Source of the DNA: Patescibacteria group bacterium
GTDB lineage: Bacteria > Patescibacteriota > Minisyncoccia > Phycocordibacterales > UBA9973
Reading direction: 5' to 3'
DNA length: 52,714 bases
Assembly (NCBI GenBank): GCA_040388575.1
Contig: JAZKBO010000003.1
Span: forward strand, 1 to 52,714
In this document: one piece after another, positions 27,078 to 37,187 of the stretch
Position numbering within the stretch: position 1 is the first letter of the stretch
How the letters are laid out: the number at the start of each line of letters is the position of its first letter
The notes under the pieces: generated by a model
The model's database searches: none
What the model was told of the DNA's origin: nothing
The model's input: only the letters and a program-made list of their open reading frames with translations
Translations under genes and position numbers: made by a program

Positions 27078-28337
27078 ATGAAATACGATATAGCTAATAT
27101 TGATTTGGCAAAGGCTGGTCTGGCGCGCATCGAGTGGGCAAAACGGGATATGCCAGTGCTCGCAGATTTGGCTAAAAATCTAAAGAAATCAAAATCTTTT
27201 AAAAATCTTACTGTGGCGGCATGTATGCATGTTACCGCAGAAACGGCCAACTTAATTATCGCCATGCAGGCTGCTGGAGCGAAAGTGTCTTTATGTGCAT
27301 CCAACCCGCTCTCAACTCAAGATGACGTGGCTGCGGCATTAGTAAAAAATTTCAACATTCCAGTGTTTGCAAAAAAGGGTGAGAGTAATAAAGAATATCT
27401 GGCGCACTTACAAGCTGTGCTAGATACGGAACCAGATATCACAATGGATGATGGCGCTGACTTAGTTTCTTTAATTGAGTCAAGCAAAAAAATAAAGAAT
27501 AAAATTATAGGCGGTACCGAAGAAACAACTACTGGAGTAACTCGACTTAAATCCATGGCGAAAGATGGCAAGTTACCATTTCCAGTAATTGCGGTAAATG
27601 ATTCTATGACTAAGCACTTTTTCGATAATCGTTATGGCACCGGTCAGTCCACAATGGACGGTATTATTCGAGCTACTAACAAATTGATCGCAGGCTCTGT
27701 ATTTGTGGTGGCCGGCTACGGATGGTGTGGTAAGGGCCTAGCGATGAGGGCACGGGGGCTCGGTGCTAACGTCATAATCACTGAAATTGACCCTATAAAG
27801 GCTATTGAGGGCCTTATGGACGGTTTTAGGGTAATGCCTATGGCTGCTGCTGCCCAGGAAGCAGATTTTATCTGTACCGTTACTGGCAATACGAATGTAG
27901 TGGGGGCGGACGCCTTTAAGGGCATGAAGGACGGCTGCATAGTTTCTAACTCCGGGCACTTTGATGTGGAGATAGATTTGGTAACTTTAAATAAAATAAG
28001 TAAATCCAAAAAGGAAATGCGAAATTTTGTGGAGGCCCACGAGCTCAAAGACGGACGTACAGTATTTATATTAGCTGGCGGGCGATTAGTTAATTTGGGT
28101 AGTGCGGAAGGTCATCCAGCTTCAGTGATGGATTTGAGTTTTTCCAATCAGATTCTAGCGGTAGATTTTTTAATTAAAAATAAAGGCAAACTAACAAATG
28201 AAGTGCATATTTTGCCTGAAATTTTAGACAGAAAAATAGCTAGCTTGAAATTAAAAAGTTTGGGAACAACAATAGACATCCTGTCAAAAAGGCAAGAAGA
28301 GTATATCTCTGGGTGGAAAGAGGGGACAAATGCGTAG
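27078..28337 (+). CDS. ahcY: S-adenosylhomocysteine hydrolase
   Basis: CMHVT.ETA, SNPLSTQD, EETTTGV, KHFFDNRYGTGQS, GYGWCGKG, GHPASVMDLSF. Confidence 0.97.
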   Translation: MKYDIANIDLAKAGLARIEWAKRDMPVLADLAKNLKKSKSFKNLTVAACMHVTAETANLIIAMQAAGAKVSLCASNPLSTQDDVAAALVKNFNIPVFAKKGESNKEYLAHLQAVLDTEPDITMDDGADLVSLIESSKKIKNKIIGGTEETTTGVTRLKSMAKDGKLPFPVIAVNDSMTKHFFDNRYGTGQSTMDGIIRATNKLIAGSVFVVAGYGWCGKGLAMRARGLGANVIITEIDPIKAIEGLMDGFRVMPMAAAAQEADFICTVTGNTNVVGADAFKGMKDGCIVSNSGHFDVEIDLVTLNKISKSKKEMRNFVEAHELKDGRTVFILAGGRLVNLGSAEGHPASVMDLSFSNQILAVDFLIKNKGKLTNEVHILPEILDRKIASLKLKSLGTTIDILSKRQEEYISGWKEGTNA

Positions 28338-28349
28338 CATTTGTCGGCC

Positions 28350-28408
28350 GGAGCGCGACGGCGTGAGGCGGGGTCGCGAGATTTATCAGCAGAAAAATAC
28401 TAGTGACC
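28350..28408 (+). repeat. Dispersed GC-rich intergenic element, copy 2
   Basis: GGAGCGCGACGGCGTGAG...ATTTATCAGCAGAAAAATA; preceded by hairpin GACAAATGC-GTA-GCATTTGTC over the ahcY stop. Confidence 0.7.
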
Positions 28409-28418
28409 TAAATAATTT

Positions 28419-28940
28419 ATGAAAATTGTGATCACTGGCGCTCAAGGTGTGGGTAAAACTACACTAGCCTCGCAAATTAATAAAGATTATCCTGACTTTA
28501 AAATCCTTCCGGAAGCAGCGCGGTTGGCGAAAGATGCCGGCTATAACCTCGACCACACTGCCACAGTTGAAACGGAACATTGGCTCATCGCAAAGCAAAT
28601 TGAACTAGAGAGTGAGGAGAGTAAGTGGGTAGCTGATCGCTGCAGTATAGACCTACTCGCATACATTCAACATTTATTTGCGGAGGAAGCAGCCCTAATT
28701 GAATTTGCAACCCGGACACTTGTGCCAAGATTTAGTAATTATGATTTGGTGCTATATTTGCCAAGTGGCGAATTTGAAATTGAGGATGACGGTGTGCGGA
28801 CAACTGATATTAAATTTCAAGAAGCTATAGATAAGCGTATTAAGAATATTTTAAAAGAACACAAAATTGAATTTATTACAGTAGTTGGAACACCGGAGGA
28901 GAGGCTTTCGAAAGTTAAGGATTTGCTTAAGCATTATTAA
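28419..28940 (+). CDS. AAA_28/NadR-like P-loop ATPase or kinase
   Basis: GAQGVGKTT, PEAAR, DRCSID..AY, EDDGVR. Confidence 0.8.
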   Translation: MKIVITGAQGVGKTTLASQINKDYPDFKILPEAARLAKDAGYNLDHTATVETEHWLIAKQIELESEESKWVADRCSIDLLAYIQHLFAEEAALIEFATRTLVPRFSNYDLVLYLPSGEFEIEDDGVRTTDIKFQEAIDKRIKNILKEHKIEFITVVGTPEERLSKVKDLLKHY

Positions 28941-28970
28941 TTTTATAGTATATATAGACTTCATACATTT

Positions 28971-30035
28971 ATGTTTTACAAGCACAAAGATAGCTATACA
29001 GTGGAGTCGGTAACCTCAGGTCACCCCGACAAAGTTTGCGATCAAATCTCTGATGCTATTTTAGATGCATATTTGGCCAAGGATCCCAAGAGTCGCGTGG
29101 CGGTGGAAACCTTCGGAGGCCATGGCAAGCTGGTTATCGGTGGGGAAGTAACATCCCAAGGGGATGTGGACTATGTAAAAATTGCGCGCAAAGTGTATAA
29201 AGATATCGGCTATAAAAACAAACTTCAAATTTCAGCACATATTGTTAAACAGTCGCCGGATATAGCCATGGGGGTGGACCACGGTGGTGCGGGTGATCAG
29301 GGTATTATGTACGGCTTTGCCACCAATGAGACACCAGAATTTTTACCTAAAGGTGTAGTCTTGGCGCATAAACTTGCAAAAAGATTAGAAGAACTGCGCA
29401 AAAGTGGAAAAATTAAATGGTTAATGCCAGACGGTAAAACTCAAGCAACGTACATGAATGGCAAATTAAAAACTGTACTTGTAAGCACCCAACACACCAA
29501 GGGCATTAAGCCAGAGGAAATAAAAGAAGAGATAACTGAAAAAATAATTTTTCCACTGTTATCAAAAAAAGAAAAAGCTACGGTAAAAATTCTGGTTAAT
29601 CCAACCGGTCAATTCATCCAAGGTGGCTTCGAGGCTGACACCGGACTTACTGGTAGGAAGATAATGGTAGATACCTACGGCGGCCTCATCCCTCACGGCG
29701 GCGGCTGTTTTTCTGGCAAGGACTCGACCAAGGTGGACCGTTCCGGTGCCTACATGTGCCGCTTTGTGGCTAAAAGTCTTGTGGCCTCAGGTTATGGTAA
29801 GGAAGCTTTAGTTTCCGTAGCCTATGCTATAGGCATGGCGGAACCGCTCATGATTGAGGCTATTAATGAAAAAGGGCAGGATTTATCCTCGATTGTACGT
29901 AAGAACTTTGATTTTAAACCACTAGCGATAATTGAACGCCTTGGCTTACGCAAGCCCATTTTCAAACAAACTGCGGCTTATGGCCATTTTGGCAATAAAA
30001 ATTTACCTTGGGAGAAAATTAAGAAATTAAATTAA
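28971..30035 (+). CDS. metK: S-adenosylmethionine synthetase
   Basis: ESVT.GHPDK.CDQISD, GAGDQG, GLTGRK, GGG.FSGKD.TKVDRS, AAYGHFG. Confidence 0.97.
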   Translation: MFYKHKDSYTVESVTSGHPDKVCDQISDAILDAYLAKDPKSRVAVETFGGHGKLVIGGEVTSQGDVDYVKIARKVYKDIGYKNKLQISAHIVKQSPDIAMGVDHGGAGDQGIMYGFATNETPEFLPKGVVLAHKLAKRLEELRKSGKIKWLMPDGKTQATYMNGKLKTVLVSTQHTKGIKPEEIKEEITEKIIFPLLSKKEKATVKILVNPTGQFIQGGFEADTGLTGRKIMVDTYGGLIPHGGGCFSGKDSTKVDRSGAYMCRFVAKSLVASGYGKEALVSVAYAIGMAEPLMIEAINEKGQDLSSIVRKNFDFKPLAIIERLGLRKPIFKQTAAYGHFGNKNLPWEKIKKLN

Positions 30036-30037
30036 AT

Positions 30038-30976
30038 CTATAAAACATATTGAAAGTATTTAATTGTTTCTTTTAGCCCGTTGTCTAGCGAAACAATTGG
30101 ATTCCAGCGCAATACTTTTTTTGCCAGAGCAATATCTGGTTTACGCTGGCGAGGGTCATCCTTCGGTAGGTTTTTAAAAATGATTTTAGATTTTGAAGAA
30201 GTCATTTTGATAATTATTTTTGCAATTTGCAAAATAGTTTTTTCATTAGGATTGCCTAAGTTAACTGGCCCAGTTATGCCCCCATTCATTAGCTTATGAA
30301 GACCAATTACCATATCTGTTATGAAACAAAATGATCGGGTCTGGCTACCTTTACCATAAACCGTGATATCCTTTGCTTGTAGGGCTTGTACTATAAAGTT
30401 AGAAATAACTCGTCCGTCGTTAACGTCCATTTTGGGACCATAAGTATTAAAAATTCTTGCAACTCTAATTTTAATTTTATATTTTCGTTCGTATTCAAAA
30501 AATAAAGTTTCCGCTAATCTTTTTCCTTCGTCATAACAGGCCCGTGGACCAATTGGGTTAACATTACCGTTATACTTTTCATTTTGCGGATTCTGTAGCG
30601 GATCCCCATAGACTTCAGAAGTTGAGGACTGTAGGATTTTGGCTTTATTTTTTCTCGCCAATTCTAATACATTTAGTATGCCAATAGTGTTTGTTTTTAT
30701 CGTGTGTATGGCATCCTTTTGATATGCAGTGGGAGAGGCAGGACAAGCAAGATTATAAATTTCATTTATTTGCTCTTTAAATAAAAGTGGCTCAACGATA
30801 TCTCCTTCAATAAACTGAAAATTATTTTTCTTCAGCAATGATTCAATATTTGTCTTCTTTCCGGTCGATAAATTGTCCAATCCAATTATTTTACAATTCT
30901 CCTTCTCAAGGAGATATTTGCAAAGATGACTACCTATAAAACCTGCGCAGCCAGTAACGAGTATTGTTTTAGTCAT
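30038..30976 (-). CDS. UDP-glucuronate decarboxylase (UDP-xylose synthase) family SDR
   Basis: TGCAGFIGSH, LACPASP, STSEVYGDP, ACYDEGKR, DDPRQRKPDI. Confidence 0.9.
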   Translation of the reverse strand: MTKTILVTGCAGFIGSHLCKYLLEKENCKIIGLDNLSTGKKTNIESLLKKNNFQFIEGDIVEPLLFKEQINEIYNLACPASPTAYQKDAIHTIKTNTIGILNVLELARKNKAKILQSSTSEVYGDPLQNPQNEKYNGNVNPIGPRACYDEGKRLAETLFFEYERKYKIKIRVARIFNTYGPKMDVNDGRVISNFIVQALQAKDITVYGKGSQTRSFCFITDMVIGLHKLMNGGITGPVNLGNPNEKTILQIAKIIIKMTSSKSKIIFKNLPKDDPRQRKPDIALAKKVLRWNPIVSLDNGLKETIKYFQYVL

Positions 30977-31069
30977 ATGGAGCTCCATCATATCATTTCA
31001 TCTGGGTCAATTCAATAATAAAAAACACCTCCCTTCACCTTATATAGATTTTTTGCTATGATGATATAC

Positions 31070-32134
31070 ATGAAAATTGCCCTAATAACTGGCTCAAATG
31101 GCCTCATTGGCAGTGAGTCGGCTAAGTTTTTTGCTCAAAAAGGATTCAATATTGTGGGCATCGACAACGATATGCGCGCGTACTTCTTTGGTAAAGAAGC
31201 GAGCACTGAAAAAAATTTAAGGAAGTTAGAACAAGAGTTAGGTGAGAAATTTAAACCTCATGATGCTGATATTAGGGATTATAGTAAAATTGAAAACATT
31301 TTTTCAAAGTATGGCAAGGATATTAAAATTGTAATTCATACCGCGGCGCAGCCTTCTCATGATTGGGCGGCACGGGAGCCGTTTACTGATTTTGGAGTCA
31401 ACGCCCTCGGAACCTTAAATATCCTAGAAGCCACCAGGAAATATTGCCCAGATGCTGTTTTTATTTTTACCAGCACCAATAAAGTTTATGGTGACACGCC
31501 CAACGACCTGCCATTAATTGAAAAAGAAGAAAGATGGGAAATAGACCCTAACCACCCCTTTGCTCTACGCGGCATCGATGAATCAATGAGCATCGACCAA
31601 TCCAAACATAGTATTTTTGGCGCAAGTAAAGTAGCAGCAGACGTGATGGTCCAAGAATATGGTAGATATTTTAAAATGAAAACAGGAGTCTTCCGGGGAG
31701 GGTGCTTAACTGGGCCGGCCCATAGTGGTGCGGAATTACACGGATTCTTATCTTATCTAGTCTTATGTGCTGTTAATAAAAAACCATATACAATTTTCGG
31801 CTACAAGGGTAAACAAGTAAGGGATAATATTCATAGTCATGATTTAGTCAATGCATTTTGGCAATTTTATGAAAATCCTCGTTCTGGCGAGGTTTATAAT
31901 ATGGGGGGCTCGAGGCATTCCAATGTTTCAGTCTTAGAAGCGATTAGATTAATCAAAGAGTTATCGGGGCATGAACTAGAGTACTCCCTCTCCGATGAAG
32001 CCAGAAGTGGTGATCATATCTGGTACATAAGTGATGTTCAAAAATTTAAAAACCACTATCCTGGTTGGAAATACGAATATGATATAACTACTATTTTGAA
32101 GGAAATTATCAATGCTGCTGAAAATAAATCATAA
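31070..32134 (+). CDS. NAD-dependent epimerase, CDP-paratose 2-epimerase (RfbE)-like
   Basis: GSNGLIG, AAQPSHD, STNKVYG, FGASK, GKQVRD. Confidence 0.8.
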   Translation: MKIALITGSNGLIGSESAKFFAQKGFNIVGIDNDMRAYFFGKEASTEKNLRKLEQELGEKFKPHDADIRDYSKIENIFSKYGKDIKIVIHTAAQPSHDWAAREPFTDFGVNALGTLNILEATRKYCPDAVFIFTSTNKVYGDTPNDLPLIEKEERWEIDPNHPFALRGIDESMSIDQSKHSIFGASKVAADVMVQEYGRYFKMKTGVFRGGCLTGPAHSGAELHGFLSYLVLCAVNKKPYTIFGYKGKQVRDNIHSHDLVNAFWQFYENPRSGEVYNMGGSRHSNVSVLEAIRLIKELSGHELEYSLSDEARSGDHIWYISDVQKFKNHYPGWKYEYDITTILKEIINAAENKS

Positions 32135-33021
32135 TGATAATCGTTAGACTAGGAGGAGGCATGGGTAATCAAATGTTCCAATATGCCGTTGGTCGAGCTC
32201 TTTCTGTTAAAAAAAATGTTGCTCTCGGCTTAGATCTTACTTATTTACTAGAGCGCGTCCCTAGGCCAGCGTGGCATAAGTTTGTATTCCGCAACTTTGA
32301 CTTAGGTGTTTTTAACATTTCTGCCGAAATTGTTTCTGCAAAAGAAATTCCTTTTATCTATAAGCCTTTCTTTTCAGGTAAAGTAATGTTGCTTTTTGAT
32401 GCCTTGCGAAGAAAAGTATTCAAATTTCCGGGAACTGAAAAATCTTTTCAATATGATCCAAATGTATTTACTTTGGGATCAAATTCATACCTGCAAGGGA
32501 ATTGGCAAAGTCCTAAATATTTCATTGGGATTGAAGATATAATCCGTAAGGATTTTTCCCTCAAGAAGCCCCTTAGTGATAAAGCCCTAAAGCTCAATGA
32601 TGAAATACAAGCTACTATTTCTGTGTGCGTAAATATACGCAGAACTGATTTTGTTACTAGTTCCTTCCATGGTATATTCGGAAAAGAGTACTATGATAAG
32701 GGAATTGAACATATTGCAGAGTCGCGCTCAATTGAAAAAATATACGTATTTTCCGATGATATGGAATGGTGTAAAGAAAACCTGCACTTCAATTACCCTA
32801 CTATATTTGTGGGTCATGAATATGCCGGCGCCCAGTTCGAGGAGTATCTAATGCTCATGAAAGCATGTAAACATTTCGTTATCCCCAATAGTTCTTTTGC
32901 TTGGTGGGCGGCCTGGCTTAATACAGATACTGATAAAGTAGTAGTAGCTCCGAAGCGATGGTTCCTAGATGATTCAATTGCTACAGACGACCTCATACCG
33001 AGAGAATGGGTTCGAATATAA
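32134..33021 (+). CDS. GT11 alpha-1,2-fucosyltransferase family protein
   Basis: GGMGNQMFQYA, G.WQS.KYF, NIRRTD, FSDD..W, NSSFAWWAA. Confidence 0.9.
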   Translation: MIIVRLGGGMGNQMFQYAVGRALSVKKNVALGLDLTYLLERVPRPAWHKFVFRNFDLGVFNISAEIVSAKEIPFIYKPFFSGKVMLLFDALRRKVFKFPGTEKSFQYDPNVFTLGSNSYLQGNWQSPKYFIGIEDIIRKDFSLKKPLSDKALKLNDEIQATISVCVNIRRTDFVTSSFHGIFGKEYYDKGIEHIAESRSIEKIYVFSDDMEWCKENLHFNYPTIFVGHEYAGAQFEEYLMLMKACKHFVIPNSSFAWWAAWLNTDTDKVVVAPKRWFLDDSIATDDLIPREWVRI

Positions 33022-33030
33022 ATTATATAT

Positions 33031-34119
33031 ATGAATATAAAGGAATATTATAATAAATGGCTAGAGAGCGAGTATAAATCAGGATCCATTGGTCCTGTCT
33101 CGGCTGCTTCTCTTGCCCCTCTTAGGTCTAATAAATGGTGGCGCTTTTTAATGAGCATGCTTGGCTACAGGGTTAAATCCGTAATCAAGTCACTTGCAGG
33201 ATTCAGAATTCTTTTCGGCTGTCCCGTTGGCGCTGATGAAAAAAAAGTAGCGATAAGCTACCTAGACTATATTTTTTCACACAATCCAGAAATTGACCCT
33301 CATTCCTTCGTAGAAGGAAGCATGGAAGTAATAACGCACATTTTAAATAGCCAGTTTCTTTTTGCCCATGAAAGTCGCATACCTTGGTCTAAATTATACC
33401 CTGGTGAAAAGCTGGGGGAGTTTTATGATGCTCATAAAATGCATCAAAAAATGATCAAAATACATGGCAATACTTATACTTACAAAAATTTCAAAACAAT
33501 TTTTCCAAGTTTTGAGCATAGTGTTCTCGCTAATAATTGCAGCATGGACCATGTACCCAAAGAAGTTGTAGAAAAGTTAAAGGGTACAATATTTGTCGAT
33601 TGTGGTGCGTTCATTGGCGACAGCGCATTTGTCCTGCGGCAATTCCAACCCTCTCTTATTGCGGCACTAGAGCCAGATAAGAAAAATTTCGATATTTTAA
33701 TACAAAATATAAAGTTAAATGGTATGCAAAATGTTACTCCTTTAAAATATGGGGTGGGGGACAAAGAGGGTAGTCTCAAATTTTCCTCAGAGGGTATTTC
33801 TTCCCGTATCACTAGTGAGGGGAATAGCGAAATATTAATTACAAGAATTGATGATTTGAAAAATACACTTCCAGCTCTGGGGAAAATAGGATTAATAAAA
33901 ATGGATATCGAGGGCCATGAACAAAGTGCTCTCCGGGGAGCTGAGGCAACAATAAAAGAAAATTCTCCAGTCTTGTTAATAGCTATATACCACTCAGGAC
34001 AAGACTTTTTTGAAATACCACAAATAATAAAACAACTCAATCCAAAATATAAAATAAAAATTGTTAACGCAAGCATTCTTACCCCACTGTATGAAAAATA
34101 TCTAGTTGCTTATATATAA
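33031..34119 (+). CDS. FkbM-family methyltransferase
   Basis: VDCGAFIGDS, LEPD..N, IKMDIEG.E..AL.GA...I....P.L.I.IYH. Confidence 0.88.
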   Translation: MNIKEYYNKWLESEYKSGSIGPVSAASLAPLRSNKWWRFLMSMLGYRVKSVIKSLAGFRILFGCPVGADEKKVAISYLDYIFSHNPEIDPHSFVEGSMEVITHILNSQFLFAHESRIPWSKLYPGEKLGEFYDAHKMHQKMIKIHGNTYTYKNFKTIFPSFEHSVLANNCSMDHVPKEVVEKLKGTIFVDCGAFIGDSAFVLRQFQPSLIAALEPDKKNFDILIQNIKLNGMQNVTPLKYGVGDKEGSLKFSSEGISSRITSEGNSEILITRIDDLKNTLPALGKIGLIKMDIEGHEQSALRGAEATIKENSPVLLIAIYHSGQDFFEIPQIIKQLNPKYKIKIVNASILTPLYEKYLVAYI

Positions 34120-34123
34120 CATA

Positions 34124-34864
34124 ATGAGACTGCTTAAAAAAATTCGCTATATAGTATATCTCTGGATAAAATTTATCTTTATTCTCGGAGATTATTTTAA
34201 ATTTATTTCTAAAGATAAGTTAAAGAGAGCGCCGGTAAAACTGTCACATATATATCCGCGATTAGGTGACAAAACCCAAAAAACTCATGTGGAAAAACAA
34301 TATGTGTACCATATTGCATGGGCTACTAGATGTTTAAAACAAATTAATCCTAAAAAACATAGCGATTTTGGGTCCTTACTTTACTTTTCAGTGGTAGCTT
34401 CCGCTTTTACCCCAGTTGATTTCTACGATTTTAGACCAGCTGAGTTAGATATTCCTAACCTAAATTCGCAATTTGGTGATTTAACCCATTTAAATATTGC
34501 TGATAACAGCTTAGAATCTGTGTCATGTCTACATACTGTGGAGCATGTGGGACTTGGCCGCTACGGGGAACCCATCGAGCCGGAAGGTGATTTGACAGCA
34601 ATTAATGAATTAAAGAGGGTTGTCCAAAAAGGGGGCTCACTCCTGTTGGCCGTGCCCATGGGCAAAGAGCAAATGACGGAATTTAACGGTCATCGTATTT
34701 ACGAATACAATAAATTCATTAGTTATTTTACAGAATTTGAATTAGTGGATTTTAGTTATATACCAGAGCGGGAAATAAATGGTGATATGCTCTGGCATAC
34801 TACACCTGGAGTCATCGGTAACGATCACCTAGGTTGCGGATGCTTTTGGTTTAAAAAAATATAA
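34124..34864 (+). CDS. DUF268-like SAM-dependent methyltransferase-fold protein
   Basis: SC.H.VEHVGLGRYG.P..P.GD..A..EL.RV, FN.HRIY. Confidence 0.75.
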   Translation: MRLLKKIRYIVYLWIKFIFILGDYFKFISKDKLKRAPVKLSHIYPRLGDKTQKTHVEKQYVYHIAWATRCLKQINPKKHSDFGSLLYFSVVASAFTPVDFYDFRPAELDIPNLNSQFGDLTHLNIADNSLESVSCLHTVEHVGLGRYGEPIEPEGDLTAINELKRVVQKGGSLLLAVPMGKEQMTEFNGHRIYEYNKFISYFTEFELVDFSYIPEREINGDMLWHTTPGVIGNDHLGCGCFWFKKI

Positions 34865-34869
34865 TTTTT

Positions 34870-35772
34870 ATGGAAAAACTTATATCAATAGTTGTGCCAG
34901 TTTATAATGCTGAAAAATATATAGGAGAAACCCTCCATTCAATTGTGAGGCAAACATATAAAAACTTTGAAGTATTGGTGGTAAATGACGGCTCTATTGA
35001 TAATTCGGCAGATATCATAAAAGCTTTTGCAGATAAAGATTCCCGTATAAATTTAATCAATCAAGTAAATAAAGGGCTCTCTGGGGCTCGCAATACCGGC
35101 ATGGCACAGGCCAAGGGGGAGTATATCGCTATAATAGATTCGGACGACTTAATGCTTCCAAATAAAATAGCTTCACAATATGCCTGGCTAGAATCCCATC
35201 CAGAATACGACATAACTTATTCCAATCTATATTATTTTGTGGATAAAAAAGATGGCATATATCTATATTCAATGCCACATCCCTCTGGGCAAATATATCA
35301 AGAAATCTTAGAGTATGGTACTTTTATTAATCCAAATACAGTTTTCTTTAGAAAAAAATTATATGAAAAACTTGGCGGTTTTGAAGAAGGCATGCGTCGA
35401 ACCGAGGATTTGGATTATTGGCTTACCTTGGCTTACAACAAAGTAGGTTTCCTTTATCAACCCGAATATCTTACTCTATACAGATTGCGTAAGGACAGCA
35501 TTTCCGCAGACAGTATTCCGGTTTACCAAACAACTTTAGAGGTTTTCGAAAAACAACTGAATCGAAAAGGTAACGAAGAGTACAATTCCATAATTACAGC
35601 TCAAATTAAAAAAGCAAAAACTAGATTGGCTTTGGCCCATTTAAGAAAAGGTAATAAATTTATCGATAGATTATATAAATTATTAAAAGGATTAAAGTTT
35701 AAAACTCATTTTAAGTCAATCCATAACAGTGAGGTAGAGAATTTCCTACTATTAGTTACTAGTGGTAACTAA
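34870..35772 (+). CDS. GT2 glycosyltransferase
   Basis: SIVVPVYN, VNDGS.D, GLSGARN.G, DSDD, ED.DYW. Confidence 0.92.
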   Translation: MEKLISIVVPVYNAEKYIGETLHSIVRQTYKNFEVLVVNDGSIDNSADIIKAFADKDSRINLINQVNKGLSGARNTGMAQAKGEYIAIIDSDDLMLPNKIASQYAWLESHPEYDITYSNLYYFVDKKDGIYLYSMPHPSGQIYQEILEYGTFINPNTVFFRKKLYEKLGGFEEGMRRTEDLDYWLTLAYNKVGFLYQPEYLTLYRLRKDSISADSIPVYQTTLEVFEKQLNRKGNEEYNSIITAQIKKAKTRLALAHLRKGNKFIDRLYKLLKGLKFKTHFKSIHNSEVENFLLLVTSGN

Positions 35773-37083
35773 GCCTGCCTCCTTTTTACCTATAATGATC
35801 CCAGCAACTATCCACACCCAAGGAAGATAAAATAAATAATCATTGAAACAAATTCCTACAAGTAGGCCAAGCCATAGGCTCGCCAACAATATATTTTCTT
35901 CTGTTTTTTCTTCCCTGTAAAGAAATTTACTAACAAAAAAAATTATACAAATAAAAAGAAGCAGTAGTAACCAACCCCCGCTTAAGGCTGCTTGCAGGAA
36001 AGAATTATGAGCTGCCGCAGACCTGCCGTCAGCCTCCATGATTGCGTTCGTGGTAGTAGCATATTCTGGGCCCAGCCCCAGTGGATTACGGATCGAAAGC
36101 ATAAGGGCTCGAGGCCACATATTCTGACGATTTTGATGAGCCAGAATGGAAGGTGACTCTACTATAGCAATTTTAATAGCGTCTTTTAATTTTATCTCAT
36201 CTAATCGCCGGGGATCTGGCGCGCTCGGTATTACCGCAGGGAAGACCCTATCTAGAACCATCACTTTAGCATTGTGAGGAAGAATAACAAAGGCAATACC
36301 CATTCCAAATAAAGCAATAACTATGAAAAATAATAATTTTTTAATTCTGGAGAAGAGGGGCTTTATATGTATAGTTTGCAGAAAAAACATTAAACCTAGA
36401 GATATAACAAATGCAATCCAACCACCACGGGAACCAGTCCAGAGTAATAATGAAAAAGAAAGCACAGCAAGAATAATAGCCAATAATTTTTTCCAGGATT
36501 TAGGTAAAGAAAATGCAAGATTACTAAAATATATGGATGGGATTAATAAAAAGGTTGCTAGGACATTTTGGTTTCCTTGTAAAGCAATTAAAGAATTATT
36601 ATTCCCCATAAGTCCTAGCCGGAAAGCCACCTCAGGAATGAATAAAAAAATGCTAAAAACAATAATAGGACACATACTTAATAATACTTTTTTTCGAAAT
36701 AAAGGCTCTCCACTAAAATATATATGAGCAATAGTCCCTAGAAAAACAATTATAAGCAAAATAAAATCTTTAATGATGGCTAGTGCGCCTACACTACTTC
36801 TACTATATTCTAATATACCCATAAGGGTACCGATAATAAGGAAAGCCAACATTATCAAAAAGACTTTTCCATATTTTTTAAATAGTTGGATAAATTTAGG
36901 ATCAATACCCAAGAAAAAAGAACAAAATAATATTAAGCCAAAAGCGAGCAAGGTAAAGAATTCAAACGGCTGCAAAGTGTAAGGCTTTATAATTCCAATT
37001 TTAATAATTAAACCAACATCCGCTAGTAAGATGAGTGATTGAATTATATTATTTATTTTTTTCTGCCCAATAATGAGTTCCAT
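35752..37083 (-). CDS. O-antigen ligase/polymerase (Wzy/WaaL-like)
   Basis: Multi-TM, TGSRGGW, R...W......NPLGLG, AHNSFLQ. Confidence 0.8.
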   Translation of the reverse strand: MELIIGQKKINNIIQSLILLADVGLIIKIGIIKPYTLQPFEFFTLLAFGLILFCSFFLGIDPKFIQLFKKYGKVFLIMLAFLIIGTLMGILEYSRSSVGALAIIKDFILLIIVFLGTIAHIYFSGEPLFRKKVLLSMCPIIVFSIFLFIPEVAFRLGLMGNNNSLIALQGNQNVLATFLLIPSIYFSNLAFSLPKSWKKLLAIILAVLSFSLLLWTGSRGGWIAFVISLGLMFFLQTIHIKPLFSRIKKLLFFIVIALFGMGIAFVILPHNAKVMVLDRVFPAVIPSAPDPRRLDEIKLKDAIKIAIVESPSILAHQNRQNMWPRALMLSIRNPLGLGPEYATTTNAIMEADGRSAAAHNSFLQAALSGGWLLLLLFICIIFFVSKFLYREEKTEENILLASLWLGLLVGICFNDYLFYLPWVWIVAGIIIGKKEAGLVTTSN

Positions 37084-37187
37084 GAATCTTAATGTATAGA
37101 GCACAGTCTAACATGATGCTCTGGATTAAACCATACAAATAGGGTATAATTTAGCCCTTAAAGGGCTAAGGCTATATTAGAAAGCAC

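Noticed and set aside
28338-28418. SAM or SAH riboswitch near ahcY/metK
   Set aside because: No recognisable SAM-I/II or SAH consensus; the GC-rich element here also occurs at 21403 beside unrelated genes.
33480-34076. 198-aa antisense ORF and other shadow ORFs (e.g. 18241-18759, 23668-24132, 9629-10054)
   Set aside because: They lie fully antisense to well-supported genes and have no recognisable motifs; they are expected by-products of codon bias.
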